Assembly: GCA_001303705.1 (NCBI GenBank) | Contig: LJUI01000003.1 | Coordinates: 1-56,195, forward strand | DNA from: a candidate division TA06 bacterium SM23_40 | GTDB lineage: Bacteria > LJUI01 > SM1-40 | DNA length: 56,195 nucleotides | Direction of reading: 5' to 3' | Shown: positions 47,602 to 56,195 of the stretch, one piece after another | How positions within the stretch are numbered: the first letter of the stretch is position 1 | Layout of the letters: each line of letters starts with the position of its first letter | Notes under the pieces: model-generated | What the model was told of the DNA's origin: nothing | Seen by the model: only the letters and a program-made list of their open reading frames with translations | Databases searched by the model: none | Translations under genes and position numbers: made by a program

Positions 47602-48294
47602 ATGGAACGACGCGGCCTTGTCATCTTCGATCTCGATGGGACCCTCTTCCGCACAGAGACAGTCACCGTCCCCGCCGTCGAACAGACCTTCCGCCACCTC
47701 GGCCTTCCCGTTCCCTCCCGTGAGGAAATCTGCTCCTTCTTCGGCAGACCGGTCAGTGCGTTCCATGCCTGGCTCCGATCTCTCGCTCCGCGACACGACC
47801 AGGATGCGGCCGTAGCCGCTGTCGACCACCTCGAACTGGAGTTGATTCCACAGACCGGAGAACTCTATCCTCACGTGCAACAGGTCCTCACTACACTCCG
47901 TGCCTCTGTCGAGCAGATGGCTCTCTGCACCAACGGGTCCTGGGAGTATGTCTGGCGAGTCGTTGCAGCCCACGACCTCAAGCGATTCTTCGACGCCATC
48001 AGGTGCCGACAATCGGATCGCGACACCAAACCCCTCATGATCCGCGAGTTGCTCAGCCAGCTCAAGGGCCGGCCCGCCGTGGTCGTGGGCGACCGGCACG
48101 ACGATATCGAGGCTGCCCATGAGAACGGGATCCGGGCGATCGCCGCAACGTACGGATACGGATCGCCGGAGGAGCTGGAACAGGCTGATGCCGCTGCCAT
48201 CGCACCCTCCGACATCTCTCGGCTGGTGGCCCGCTGGACCGCGCCCGATGCGGGCGAGAGCTCTGAGGCCGCGGGCCCTGAAACCGCGGACTGA
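47602..48294 (+). CDS. HAD family hydrolase
   Basis: Motifs FDLDGTL, TNG, K, VGDRHDDIEAA, YGYG. Confidence 0.9.
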   Translation: MERRGLVIFDLDGTLFRTETVTVPAVEQTFRHLGLPVPSREEICSFFGRPVSAFHAWLRSLAPRHDQDAAVAAVDHLELELIPQTGELYPHVQQVLTTLRASVEQMALCTNGSWEYVWRVVAAHDLKRFFDAIRCRQSDRDTKPLMIRELLSQLKGRPAVVVGDRHDDIEAAHENGIRAIAATYGYGSPEELEQADAAAIAPSDISRLVARWTAPDAGESSEAAGPETAD

Positions 48295-48492
48295 GCGGCC
48301 CATGGCCCGCAGGTGAATTCCCTGCGGGTGAATTCCCCCCTGAAGCGTCCCCCAGGAACTTGCATCAACCGCGCGATGTTGTACATAGTCGTGCAGTATC
48401 TGCCTCGCTGAGCGAGGAACCGGAACATGCTGCCAGTCAAACGGTCGAGAATCACCATCGCAATTTCAACTTCTCTCCTGAGGTACACCCCT

Positions 48493-49242
48493 ATGTCCAC
48501 ACGCATGTCAGCTGTAGCCGCAGCATCTGTTCTCCTTGTGGTCGCCTGCGGCACAGCTACCGCCTATCTGCTACAGAATGTGTACGACTCGGCAGGCCCT
48601 GGTGAGGGATACGACAAACTCGTCATCCTCGACCCGGCGCAATTCTACAGCGGCAGCCTCATCGTCGAGCCGGGCACGAGCTGCGTGCTACACGGAAGCG
48701 GTGCCATCATCAGCCTGGGGACCGCCGACAGCATTCTGGCCTCCGGCCCTTCCACGCTTCTCGATATGGACCACTGTGTGGTCATCGGCGGAACATACGG
48801 TGTCCATTACGGCGACCAGGCACAGGGGTCTGTGGTCCACAACACCTTCTTCGGCAATAAAGTCGGAATCGCCATCTGGGACGGCACAGCAGTTACCGCA
48901 AAGAACAACATCATCGCCGACGCAGCTGAGTATGGCATCGCCAAGGTCTCGGAAGTCACCCCTTATATCGCCTACAATGACGTCTGGTCATACGGCATGT
49001 GGCCATATGCCGAACTGTGCTGGTCGTGAGCGCCATTCTGGAGAGAGTTCTCTCCTTTACCTGGCACCGGTGAAATCGATCTCGACCCGCTGTTCGTCGA
49101 CCCCGCCGCCTGGGACTTCCACCTCCAGCCAGGCTCACCCTGCATCGGAGCGGGAGAGGGTGGAACAACGATGGGGGCCTATGATGCCACGACCCCGGTA
49201 CGGACGATGACCTGGGGGAAACTGAAGGCACTCTATCGATAG
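48493..49242 (+). CDS. Secreted right-handed beta-helix protein, probable CxxU selenoprotein (249 aa) with C-terminal TWGKLKALYR motif
   Basis: ATG 48493 follows GAGGT and begins a signal peptide; beta-helix repeats (HNTF, NNII, YNDVW). The frame continues past TGA 49027-49029 (CWS-U) into DPLFVD...DFHLQPGSPCIGAG...MGAY...TWGKLKALYR-TAG. Confidence 0.82.
49027..49065 (+). promoter_or_regulatory. In-frame UGA plus candidate bacterial SECIS element
   Basis: Upper stem GGAGAG-AGUU-CUCUCC (49040-49055) with the loop 16 nt after the UGA; lower stem GCCA (49032-49035)/UGGC (49062-49065). Confidence 0.7.
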
Positions 49243-49634
49243 GAGAGTGCCAACTCTGACATCCCAACCTGAAGGGTCCATTCTGCCGGCCCTCCAGATC
49301 CCTCCTCTAGTTCTGCACACAGAGCCCCGCGGCCCCACACCCCCTGTTTCGTGAGGAATCGCGGGGCCCTCCTATACGGGGATGGCCTCGCTCGCCCAGC
49401 CTCCCGCCATTCCGAGCACGCCCCTCCAGCTGTCACCATCAATGAGCGCGAATCGAGCCCATGGACTATCGGAATCCCGGCCGCTCAACCGCGGGTTGAG
49501 GTCAATCGACCGTGGGGCGTGGGCCATCAACCGGGGATGTCGCCCATCAGCCACGCGACACACTCCTTGGCTTGTGGTGCCGAGACCTATCAATCGGGAT
49601 ATCGGATCCAAGGCAGGATAACAAGAGGAGGGAT

Positions 49635-50546
49635 TCAGAAGCCACGGTGGAGGCCGGCGCGCTCCGCCATGCGGCGTGCATCATCGTATTCCTGCATAGT
49701 GAGGCGCCGACTGATAAGGGGAAACTCGCGGGCACGATAGCAGGGTCGATACTGCTCCATGATGTTGACGTATGTCTTCTTCGACAGCCGATCAGCGATG
49801 AACTCAACAACCTGCTGCGTACTCGCCACCTCATTCGGCATTACAAGATGCCTTACCAGCAATCCCCGCTCCGCAATGCCGGAGACGATCTCCAGATCGC
49901 CCACCTGACGATGCATCTCCTGGAGTGCGGCACGCATGACCTCCGGGTAATCGGGTGCGTTCGAATAACGTTCCGCGATCTCGGGATCCCAGTACTTGGC
50001 GTCGGGCATGTAGATGTCGATCACCCCGTCGAGGATGGCGAGTGTCTCCAGCGATTCGTATCCGCCGCAGTTGTAGACGAGGGGGAGGGAGAGCCCGTCG
50101 CCCGCGGCGATGAGGAGCGCCTCGAGTATCTGGGGCACGACGTGGGTGGGCGTCACAAAGTTGATATTATGACAGCCCAGACTCTGGAGGTCGAGCATCC
50201 CCTTGGCAAGGGAACGGGCATCGATCGGCATGCCCTCGCCCAGGTGGCTGATGGTGTAGTTCTGGCAGAAGAGACAGCCGAGGCTGCACCCGGTGAAGAA
50301 GATCGTGCCCGAACCGCCATGTCCGACGAGCGGCGGCTCCTCCCCGAAGTGCGGCCCGATGCTGGAGATGACCGCCTCCTTCCCTCCCCCACAGAACGTG
50401 CCCTGCTCACCCTCCAGTCGCCTCGCCTCGCACACGCGCGGACAGAGCCGACACGGATTCATCAGCTCCTTGGCCCGCTCGAGACGCCTCGCAAGCTCCC
50501 CGCTCGCCACCAGCTCCTGATAGCCGCGCCTTCTCTTCTCCGGCAT
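49635..50546 (-). CDS. PflX-like radical SAM protein
   Basis: Motifs CRLCPRVC, HFGEEPPL, CSLGCLFCQNY, NINFVTP, RHLVMP, QYRP. Confidence 0.9.
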   Translation of the reverse strand: MPEKRRRGYQELVASGELARRLERAKELMNPCRLCPRVCEARRLEGEQGTFCGGGKEAVISSIGPHFGEEPPLVGHGGSGTIFFTGCSLGCLFCQNYTISHLGEGMPIDARSLAKGMLDLQSLGCHNINFVTPTHVVPQILEALLIAAGDGLSLPLVYNCGGYESLETLAILDGVIDIYMPDAKYWDPEIAERYSNAPDYPEVMRAALQEMHRQVGDLEIVSGIAERGLLVRHLVMPNEVASTQQVVEFIADRLSKKTYVNIMEQYRPCYRAREFPLISRRLTMQEYDDARRMAERAGLHRGF

Positions 50547-50606
50547 CACGAGCCCCCTGAATCAGATCCGCCTCACTCAGCACTCTCCTCCGCAGACTCT
50601 CCAACC

Positions 50607-51416
50607 TTACACTCGCACGATCACGAGATTCCCGGACTCATACCGTCGCAGCCCCCAGAGAAAGACGAATCGCGCGAATAGCCCCAGACCGACTGCGAAC
50701 GCTGTGAGCCCGAGAATGAACCACCAATTAGCCCCTTTCAGGATCATTACCGGCACGTACCCGATGAATGCAGCCGGAATGAGCGTGAACAACAGAAACC
50801 GGACCGGACCACTGAAGATAGGAAACGGATAGGTGGCAAAGCTGAGTAGTGCATTGAGCATCTGCATCGACAGGTTCTCGGAACTGCCCATGAAGAACGC
50901 AAGCGAATTGACGAGCACGAACCAACTCACGATAACGGATCCGGCCAGGATACAGACCAAGAAGAAAAGTGCCACACCGCCGAGAGTCAGCGTACCGGCG
51001 AACACGAATAGGATGAGACCGAAGAGCAGATCACCCAGGGCGGAGATGTTGAGTCTCGCCACGAGCACACTCAGAAGCACATCCCGCGGCAGGCCGAGGA
51101 AGAAGTCGAGGCCTCCTTCGGCAATGATCTTCGACAGCCGGAGTGCATTCCCGAAGATGCCAGTAGCGATCCCGTAGGCGACGGTCAACACCGCCCAGAG
51201 CATTATGACATCAGAAAACTCCCATCCCTTCACCACTTTGAACCGGGCGAAGAAGACAAACCAGAAGAAGATCCAGATCGCATCGTTCAACATCATCCCT
51301 ACAATCTGGGAGATGAAGCTTGCCCGGTATTCCATCGCCGCCTGGAGATTGAGTGCGAGGTGGGCGACGACAAACCTCGCATTCGACCAGACTCTCCCAT
51401 ACCACCGTCTACTCAT
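50607..51416 (-). CDS. ABC-2 type exporter permease
   Basis: Motifs EYRASF, GGLDFFLGLP, YPFPIF, RRYESG; multiple TM segments. Confidence 0.88.
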   Translation of the reverse strand: MSRRWYGRVWSNARFVVAHLALNLQAAMEYRASFISQIVGMMLNDAIWIFFWFVFFARFKVVKGWEFSDVIMLWAVLTVAYGIATGIFGNALRLSKIIAEGGLDFFLGLPRDVLLSVLVARLNISALGDLLFGLILFVFAGTLTLGGVALFFLVCILAGSVIVSWFVLVNSLAFFMGSSENLSMQMLNALLSFATYPFPIFSGPVRFLLFTLIPAAFIGYVPVMILKGANWWFILGLTAFAVGLGLFARFVFLWGLRRYESGNLVIVRV

Positions 51417-51423
51417 AGCACCC

Positions 51424-52260
51424 TCATCCCCCATGGATGGAGACCCGCTTCGCCCCGAACCAGAAGACGATATGAGCGACCGCCAGCAACATCACACCCC
51501 ACACAACCTGCCTCACCATCAGCCCCACAAACCCGTCCAGCGAGAAATCGACCAGCAGCCTCGCCGGCCCGTACACGACGAGATTGAACGGCAGGGCCCG
51601 CGAAATCCTCTGTAACAGGGGCGGAAAGATCTCGAGCGGAACGAGCATCCCTCCAATAGTGAAGAGCATCTTCTCGTATATCCAGAAGAAGGCGGTCGTA
51701 TCTTCGACCCAGAAGGCGAGAAGGCCGATCGCCATGCTGAGAAAGAAGTCGATCGTGATGGCTGCGAGAACCGCGAGCGCGACCGCGGGGAGCGAAACGA
51801 GAGAGGCATCCATAGGCCCCACCATGGCGCTCGCGATCAGCCCCCCCACTGCGAGATTGACGGGGAAGCGCACGGCCGTCTCTCCCAGAAATCGAAAGTA
51901 GTGAAACAGGATGTAGCTGTACGGCTTCCCCAGAGCATATGCGATCGCTCCGGACTTCACATCGTCGCTGATCTCGAGTATCTTCCGCGGGCGCGAGAGG
52001 ATGATCGATTCGGTCAGCACCAGATACCAGATCATCCTGCGCAAGGTGAGCCCCGCCACCATCGTGCTTCCCGTCGTCCCGTAAGTCGTCCTCCACAGCT
52101 GCACAAAGATGAAGATAACGACCACAAGGAACAGGGCCCGGAAGACTACGTCATACAGATAGACTAAGCTGCTCTGCAGGCTGACCCGCATGATCTCGTA
52201 GTACTTCCTCATGATGCTCGCAAGGGGTCTCGTAGCGGAAGCCCTGCTGTCCCGCGTCAC
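51424..52260 (-). CDS. ABC-2 type exporter permease
   Basis: Motifs VKSGAIAYALGKP, GGMLVPLEIFP, LPF and terminal IHGG; ATG 52212 is an alternative start. Confidence 0.88.
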   Translation of the reverse strand: MTRDSRASATRPLASIMRKYYEIMRVSLQSSLVYLYDVVFRALFLVVVIFIFVQLWRTTYGTTGSTMVAGLTLRRMIWYLVLTESIILSRPRKILEISDDVKSGAIAYALGKPYSYILFHYFRFLGETAVRFPVNLAVGGLIASAMVGPMDASLVSLPAVALAVLAAITIDFFLSMAIGLLAFWVEDTTAFFWIYEKMLFTIGGMLVPLEIFPPLLQRISRALPFNLVVYGPARLLVDFSLDGFVGLMVRQVVWGVMLLAVAHIVFWFGAKRVSIHGG

Positions 52261-53258
52261 TCTCTCTCCTCCCGACGATCATTGCCCCGGGCATAGATAA
52301 GAGCGATGATCTCCTCCAAGGGTGGGTCCGAAATGGTGATATCCGCAACCTTCAGCCTGGCCACGATCTCCTCGATCACATGATCGATGGAGCGACGAGA
52401 TGTGTCGACCTCGAGTTTCATACCATAGCCCTTCTGCTTGAGCACCTCGACCCCCTCGAGCTCGACTGCATCCGGTATCGTCTCGAGCTTGAGGTCGATC
52501 ACTTTCGTCCTCAGGTAGCGGCGACGCAGATAGCTCACCTCGTTGTCGAGGATCACTTCTCCACGATCGATCACGATGACACGCCGGCACAGCTCCTTTA
52601 TGTCGCCCGCGTCGTGAGAAGTGAGAAATATGGTGAGCGACTCCTCCTTCCGTAATAGAGAGATGAGATCTCGAATCCTCTGCTTGGCCACAACATCGAG
52701 TCCCACGGTCGGTTCGTCGAGGAAGAGTACTTTCGGCCCGTGCAGGAGGGAGGCAATAATCTCACACCGCATCCGCTGCCCCAGAGATAGCTTCCTCACC
52801 GGCGTCTTGAGGAGGTCCTCCACCCTGAACAGCTCGACGAGTCGATCGCGCCTCCTTCGGTAGGCCCGCCTATCGATCTCGTAAATGTGGGAGAGGAGAT
52901 CGAACGTGTCCAGCGGCGGCAGATGGTACCAGAGCTGCGACTTCTGCCCGAAGACAGACCCGATCTCAAACGCCAGGCGCTGACGTTCCTGCCAGGGGAC
53001 AAAGCCCAGCACGGAGGCCTCTCCAGAGGTGGGGTGGAGTATGCCCGTCAACATTTTGATCGTCGTCGACTTCCCCGCACCATTCGGCCCGATGAAGGCC
53101 AGAGCCTCGCCCTGAGAGACCGAGAACCCGATGTCCTTTACCGCGCAGACTTCGTGGATCTCGGGCCGGATGACCGAACGGATGCTTGCCCACACGCCCG
53201 ACTGCTTGCGCTTGAACCGGAACCGCTTGTTCAGATCATGCACCTCGATTACATTCAT
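52257..53258 (-). CDS. ABC transporter ATP-binding protein
   Basis: Walker A GPNGAGKST, signature LSLGQ, Walker B LFLDEPT. Confidence 0.95.
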   Translation of the reverse strand: MNVIEVHDLNKRFRFKRKQSGVWASIRSVIRPEIHEVCAVKDIGFSVSQGEALAFIGPNGAGKSTTIKMLTGILHPTSGEASVLGFVPWQERQRLAFEIGSVFGQKSQLWYHLPPLDTFDLLSHIYEIDRRAYRRRRDRLVELFRVEDLLKTPVRKLSLGQRMRCEIIASLLHGPKVLFLDEPTVGLDVVAKQRIRDLISLLRKEESLTIFLTSHDAGDIKELCRRVIVIDRGEVILDNEVSYLRRRYLRTKVIDLKLETIPDAVELEGVEVLKQKGYGMKLEVDTSRRSIDHVIEEIVARLKVADITISDPPLEEIIALIYARGNDRREERE

Positions 53259-53414
53259 CGTATCATCGATCCAGTCCGTTGAGGTTCAGGCCGATCTCTC
53301 TCCTCCTCTTACTGCGGGGTCGACTCCCCTCGCAGCCCACCCTATCAGTCCAGCAGGTCAGCGCCAAATCCGAAATGGTAATCCAATACATCCGCCCAAC
53401 GTACCCTTTGCCGT

Positions 53415-54275
53415 CTACGTGACGCGCAACGGAAATCCTTTTCCCACGACCTCGTGCACATTACTGATCACAACAAATGCATCGGGATCGATCTCGCGGA
53501 CGAGTTCGCGCAACCTCGGCACCTGCCTGCGGTGGATCACGCTGAAGAGCACCTCCCGTTTCTCTCCCGTCATCACAGACCTGCTCTGCAACGAAGTCAC
53601 ACCTCGCTCCATACGATCCGTGATCGCATCAGCGATCTCGCCCGGCTTCAGCGACATAATGTACGCCGCCTTGGCATAATCCCAGCCTTCGAGCAGCACG
53701 TCGATCGCCCGCGACGAGAGGTAGACTGCAACGAGCGCGTACAGCGCGAGCTCAGCTGAATGAAAGGCAACGCCTGCGGTCGCGATGACGATGGCGTCCG
53801 CACCGAGAATGGCCATGCCTGTGCTGATCTGTGTCCGCCGATGAATCACCCGCCCGATGATGTCGGTGCCGGCCGTCGAACCGCGCCCGCGGAATACGAG
53901 CCCGAGGCCCACGCCGAGGATGATACCTCCGTACAGACAGGCGAGGAGCGTATTTTCCGTCACTCCCTCCAGGCCGATGAGGAGCGACAGCCCATCGGTC
54001 ATCAACGCCAGCAGTACCGTGGCGATGACGGTCCTCACCCCGAATTGTTTCCCCAGCTCCTTCACCCCGAGGAGAAAGATCGGCACATTGAGCACCAACA
54101 TCGTGATTCCCACCGGTACTCCGATCTGGTAATGGAGGATGATCGACAGCCCACCGACTCCTCCCGGAGCGATCCTGCTGGGAATGAGAAAGAGAACGTA
54201 GGCAACGGACATACAGAACGCGCCCACGACGAGCATTCCATACTCACGGACGAATTTTGGCCATTTCCTATCCAT
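53415..54275 (-). CDS. YitT family membrane protein
   Basis: Motifs PGGVGGLS, GSTAGTDI, ERGVT, IDPDAF, EVVGKGF; ATG 54275 follows GGGAG. Confidence 0.9.
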   Translation of the reverse strand: MDRKWPKFVREYGMLVVGAFCMSVAYVLFLIPSRIAPGGVGGLSIILHYQIGVPVGITMLVLNVPIFLLGVKELGKQFGVRTVIATVLLALMTDGLSLLIGLEGVTENTLLACLYGGIILGVGLGLVFRGRGSTAGTDIIGRVIHRRTQISTGMAILGADAIVIATAGVAFHSAELALYALVAVYLSSRAIDVLLEGWDYAKAAYIMSLKPGEIADAITDRMERGVTSLQSRSVMTGEKREVLFSVIHRRQVPRLRELVREIDPDAFVVISNVHEVVGKGFPLRVT

Positions 54276-54415
54276 CGCGATCTCTCCCGCACATCCTGCA
54301 TACAGGTTGCAAAAACGGCCACGGGGCTCCTCCACCCGTGGCCTGACTGTGGCTCATGCTATACGGCGTTACCCCCAACCTCTCGCGCCACACGGCAACG
54401 GGTACATGCATTTCA

Positions 54416-55843
54416 TCAGCGTGACGAGCATGGCTTTACCTTCGTACCTTCCGGAGTATCCTCGAGTAGAAGACCGCGCTCAAGCAGTTCCGCGCGGATG
54501 CGATCCGCTGTCGCGTAATCCTTCCGCCTTCTCGCCTCGTCCCGTTCCCGGATCATCCGCTCGACCTCCTCGTCAACGACGACCTCCGGAGCCTCCATCT
54601 TCTCGAATCCGAACGCGAGCACCTCGTCCATCGCCAGCAGTGTGGCATACCGGTCCGCGCCAGAGAGGTTCTCATCGCGCACGACCCCCCACATCGCCGC
54701 GAGAGCCCGCGGCGTGTTGAGGTCATCTTCCAGGGCATCTCTGAACGCAGCATAGTGGGATTCGGAAACCGATCCGGCCCCGCCCGAGCCCTTCAGTTCG
54801 ACGACCCGGTTCTTCAATCGCTCATATGCGTTCGCGGCCCCATCGAGAGCCCGCCACGTGAAGGTTAGGGGCGAACGGTAATGCGCATTCAAGCAGAAAT
54901 AGCGGTAGACGAGAGGGTCGTACCCCCGGTCGATTAGCAGATCGAGGGTAATGAAGTTCTCGCCGGATTTCGCCATCTTGACCGACTCCGACTCCTCACG
55001 TTCGTCCTCTTCGCCGGTCGGGAGCACGAGCCACGCCCCATGCATCCACCAGTTGACCCACGTCTTCCCCGTCAGCGCCTCGACCTCGGCGATCTCGTTC
55101 GTATGGTGCACCGGGATATGATCGATCCCTCCGCAGTGGATGTCGAAATGATCGCCGAGATACTTCACGGACATGGCGGCGCACTCGATATGCCAGCCCG
55201 GGAAGCCGACTCCCCACGGGCTCTCCCATTCCATCTGGCGCTTTTGTCCCCCGGGCGACAACTTCCAGAGAGCGAAATCAGTGATGTTTCTCTTTCCGGG
55301 GACTGTCTCAATGCGTGCTCCAGCCTCCAACCCCTCGACATCGAGTCTGGCGAGCTTTCCATAGTCCTTGAGCCTGGATGTATCAAAGTACACCCCATCG
55401 TCGATTGTGTAGGTAAATCCGCGCTCCTCCAGGCCCCTCACCAGTTCGATCTGTTCCTCGATGTGCTCAGTGGCTTTGCACCAGATGTCCGGCTCGAGGA
55501 GCGAAAGGCGAGCCATGTCTTTCCTGAACGCCTCAAAATAGAAGTCAGCCAGCTCCCAGGCGCTCCTCCCCTCGCGCTGCGATCCCACCTCCATCTTGTC
55601 CTCGCCCGTATCGGCATCGGAGACGAGATGGCCGACATCGGTCACGTTCATCACGTGCTTTACCTCATATCCGTCCAGAGCGAGAACACGCCGCAGCACA
55701 TCCTCGAAGACATAGGTCCGGAGGTTTCCGATGTGCGCGTAGTTATAGACAGTGAGGCCGCAGGCGTACAGCCCCACCTTTCCTTCCTCGATCGGACGGA
55801 ACTGATCGACGCTCCGCGTCATTGTATTATAGAGTCGTAACAT
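54416..55843 (-). CDS. cysS: Cysteine--tRNA ligase
   Basis: Motifs HIGN, TDVGHL, DFALWK, PGWHIEC, HHTNE, KMAKS (KMSKS variant), ADRIR. Confidence 0.96.
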   Translation of the reverse strand: MLRLYNTMTRSVDQFRPIEEGKVGLYACGLTVYNYAHIGNLRTYVFEDVLRRVLALDGYEVKHVMNVTDVGHLVSDADTGEDKMEVGSQREGRSAWELADFYFEAFRKDMARLSLLEPDIWCKATEHIEEQIELVRGLEERGFTYTIDDGVYFDTSRLKDYGKLARLDVEGLEAGARIETVPGKRNITDFALWKLSPGGQKRQMEWESPWGVGFPGWHIECAAMSVKYLGDHFDIHCGGIDHIPVHHTNEIAEVEALTGKTWVNWWMHGAWLVLPTGEEDEREESESVKMAKSGENFITLDLLIDRGYDPLVYRYFCLNAHYRSPLTFTWRALDGAANAYERLKNRVVELKGSGGAGSVSESHYAAFRDALEDDLNTPRALAAMWGVVRDENLSGADRYATLLAMDEVLAFGFEKMEAPEVVVDEEVERMIRERDEARRRKDYATADRIRAELLERGLLLEDTPEGTKVKPCSSR

Positions 55844-55921
55844 TGAAGACCAGATCCTTCCGGCGGATCCACCTCGTCGCGCTCATCCCTGGACTGGCTC
55901 ACGTGTAAACCACAGGAGCAG

Positions 55922-55951
55922 ATGCTACCGTACCGGATGGGGGAGACTCAA
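55922..55951 (-). promoter_or_regulatory. sigma70-type promoter of cysS
   Basis: Minus strand TTGAGT-18nt-TAGCAT. Confidence 0.5.
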
Positions 55952-55972
55952 GGAAAAACAGCCCTCCCGGCG

Positions 55973-55997
55973 AAAAAACCCCCGAAACCACGGGGGT
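55973..55997 (-). terminator. Intrinsic terminator
   Basis: ACCCCCG-TGGTTT-CGGGGGT followed by TTTTT on the minus strand. Confidence 0.7.
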
Positions 55998-56110
55998 CGC
56001 CACCGGGCAGAGGAGGTGCAGATAGGCAGATAGGTGATTGTTGCGTCTCAGCACTGCTCGACCTGACCGCGGAGCCACAGACCCGTGGGAGGAGGCATCA
56101 CGGAGAACGA

Positions 56111-56143
56111 GAAAGACCCCCGACGGCCGTAACCGCCGGGGGG
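56111..56143 (-). terminator. Intrinsic terminator
   Basis: CCCCCGGCGGT-TACG-GCCGTCGGGGG followed by TCTTTT; the G-U pairs support the minus strand. Confidence 0.7.
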
Positions 56144-56195
56144 AAGTCTGCTGCTCGGGACCTCTTCGATTCGATCGGCGCTACGGGATCGGGAT

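Noticed and set aside
49243-49634. tRNA-Sec or other tRNA next to the CxxU gene
   Set aside because: No cloverleaf or T-loop consensus seen; no sel genes were recognised anywhere in the window.
21-55840. Many long antisense or overlapping ORFs (e.g. 840..1688, 17968..19110, 42072..43226, 47113..48303, 49512..50681)
   Set aside because: They shadow well-supported genes in GC-rich DNA and show no family motifs.
1-56195. Genome-wide TGA reassignment (code 4 or 25) as the explanation for the in-frame TGAs
   Set aside because: TGA ends conserved genes at their expected C-termini (hbd, nrdR, acyl-CoA dehydrogenase, mutase). The two readthrough cases fall in Cys motifs with adjacent hairpins.
55844-56195. 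T-box leader for cysS
   Set aside because: No GGUGGNACC T-box sequence before the terminator, and a separate promoter candidate lies downstream of it.

Overview
GC-rich bacterial chromosomal segment, probably from an anaerobic FCB-superphylum-like organism; the taxonomy is inferred from secreted-protein C-terminal motifs and is not established. Most genes are on the minus strand. Left to right: two large secreted multidomain proteins flanking a YfiM-like gene; a four-gene glycan-modification operon; a NuoEFG/HydABC-like diaphorase module with an FMN glutamate-synthase-family gene, divergent from gdhA; cytochrome c biogenesis system II; a DUF5678/aspartyl-protease pair; tatC; rnfCDGEA (no rnfB) behind nrdR; a serC-like/serA/DUF1015 cluster; rpiB; ilvE; a Rex-boxed MBL-thiolase-hbd operon; acyl-CoA dehydrogenase; methylmalonyl-CoA mutase and epimerase; rlmD; nth; a GNAT/AlkD/HAD cluster; a PflX-like radical SAM gene; an ABC-2 exporter; yitT; cysS. 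The main discovery is two secreted proteins that the ORF track cuts at an in-frame TGA. In both, the TGA sits in a redox motif and is followed by a SECIS-like hairpin, so both are probable selenoproteins: an Omp28-like UxxC protein (3376-5280, minus) and a beta-helix CxxU protein ending in TWGKLKALYR (48493-49242, plus). No tRNA, rRNA, CRISPR array or transposase was recognised. All family calls come from motif recognition, not database searches.
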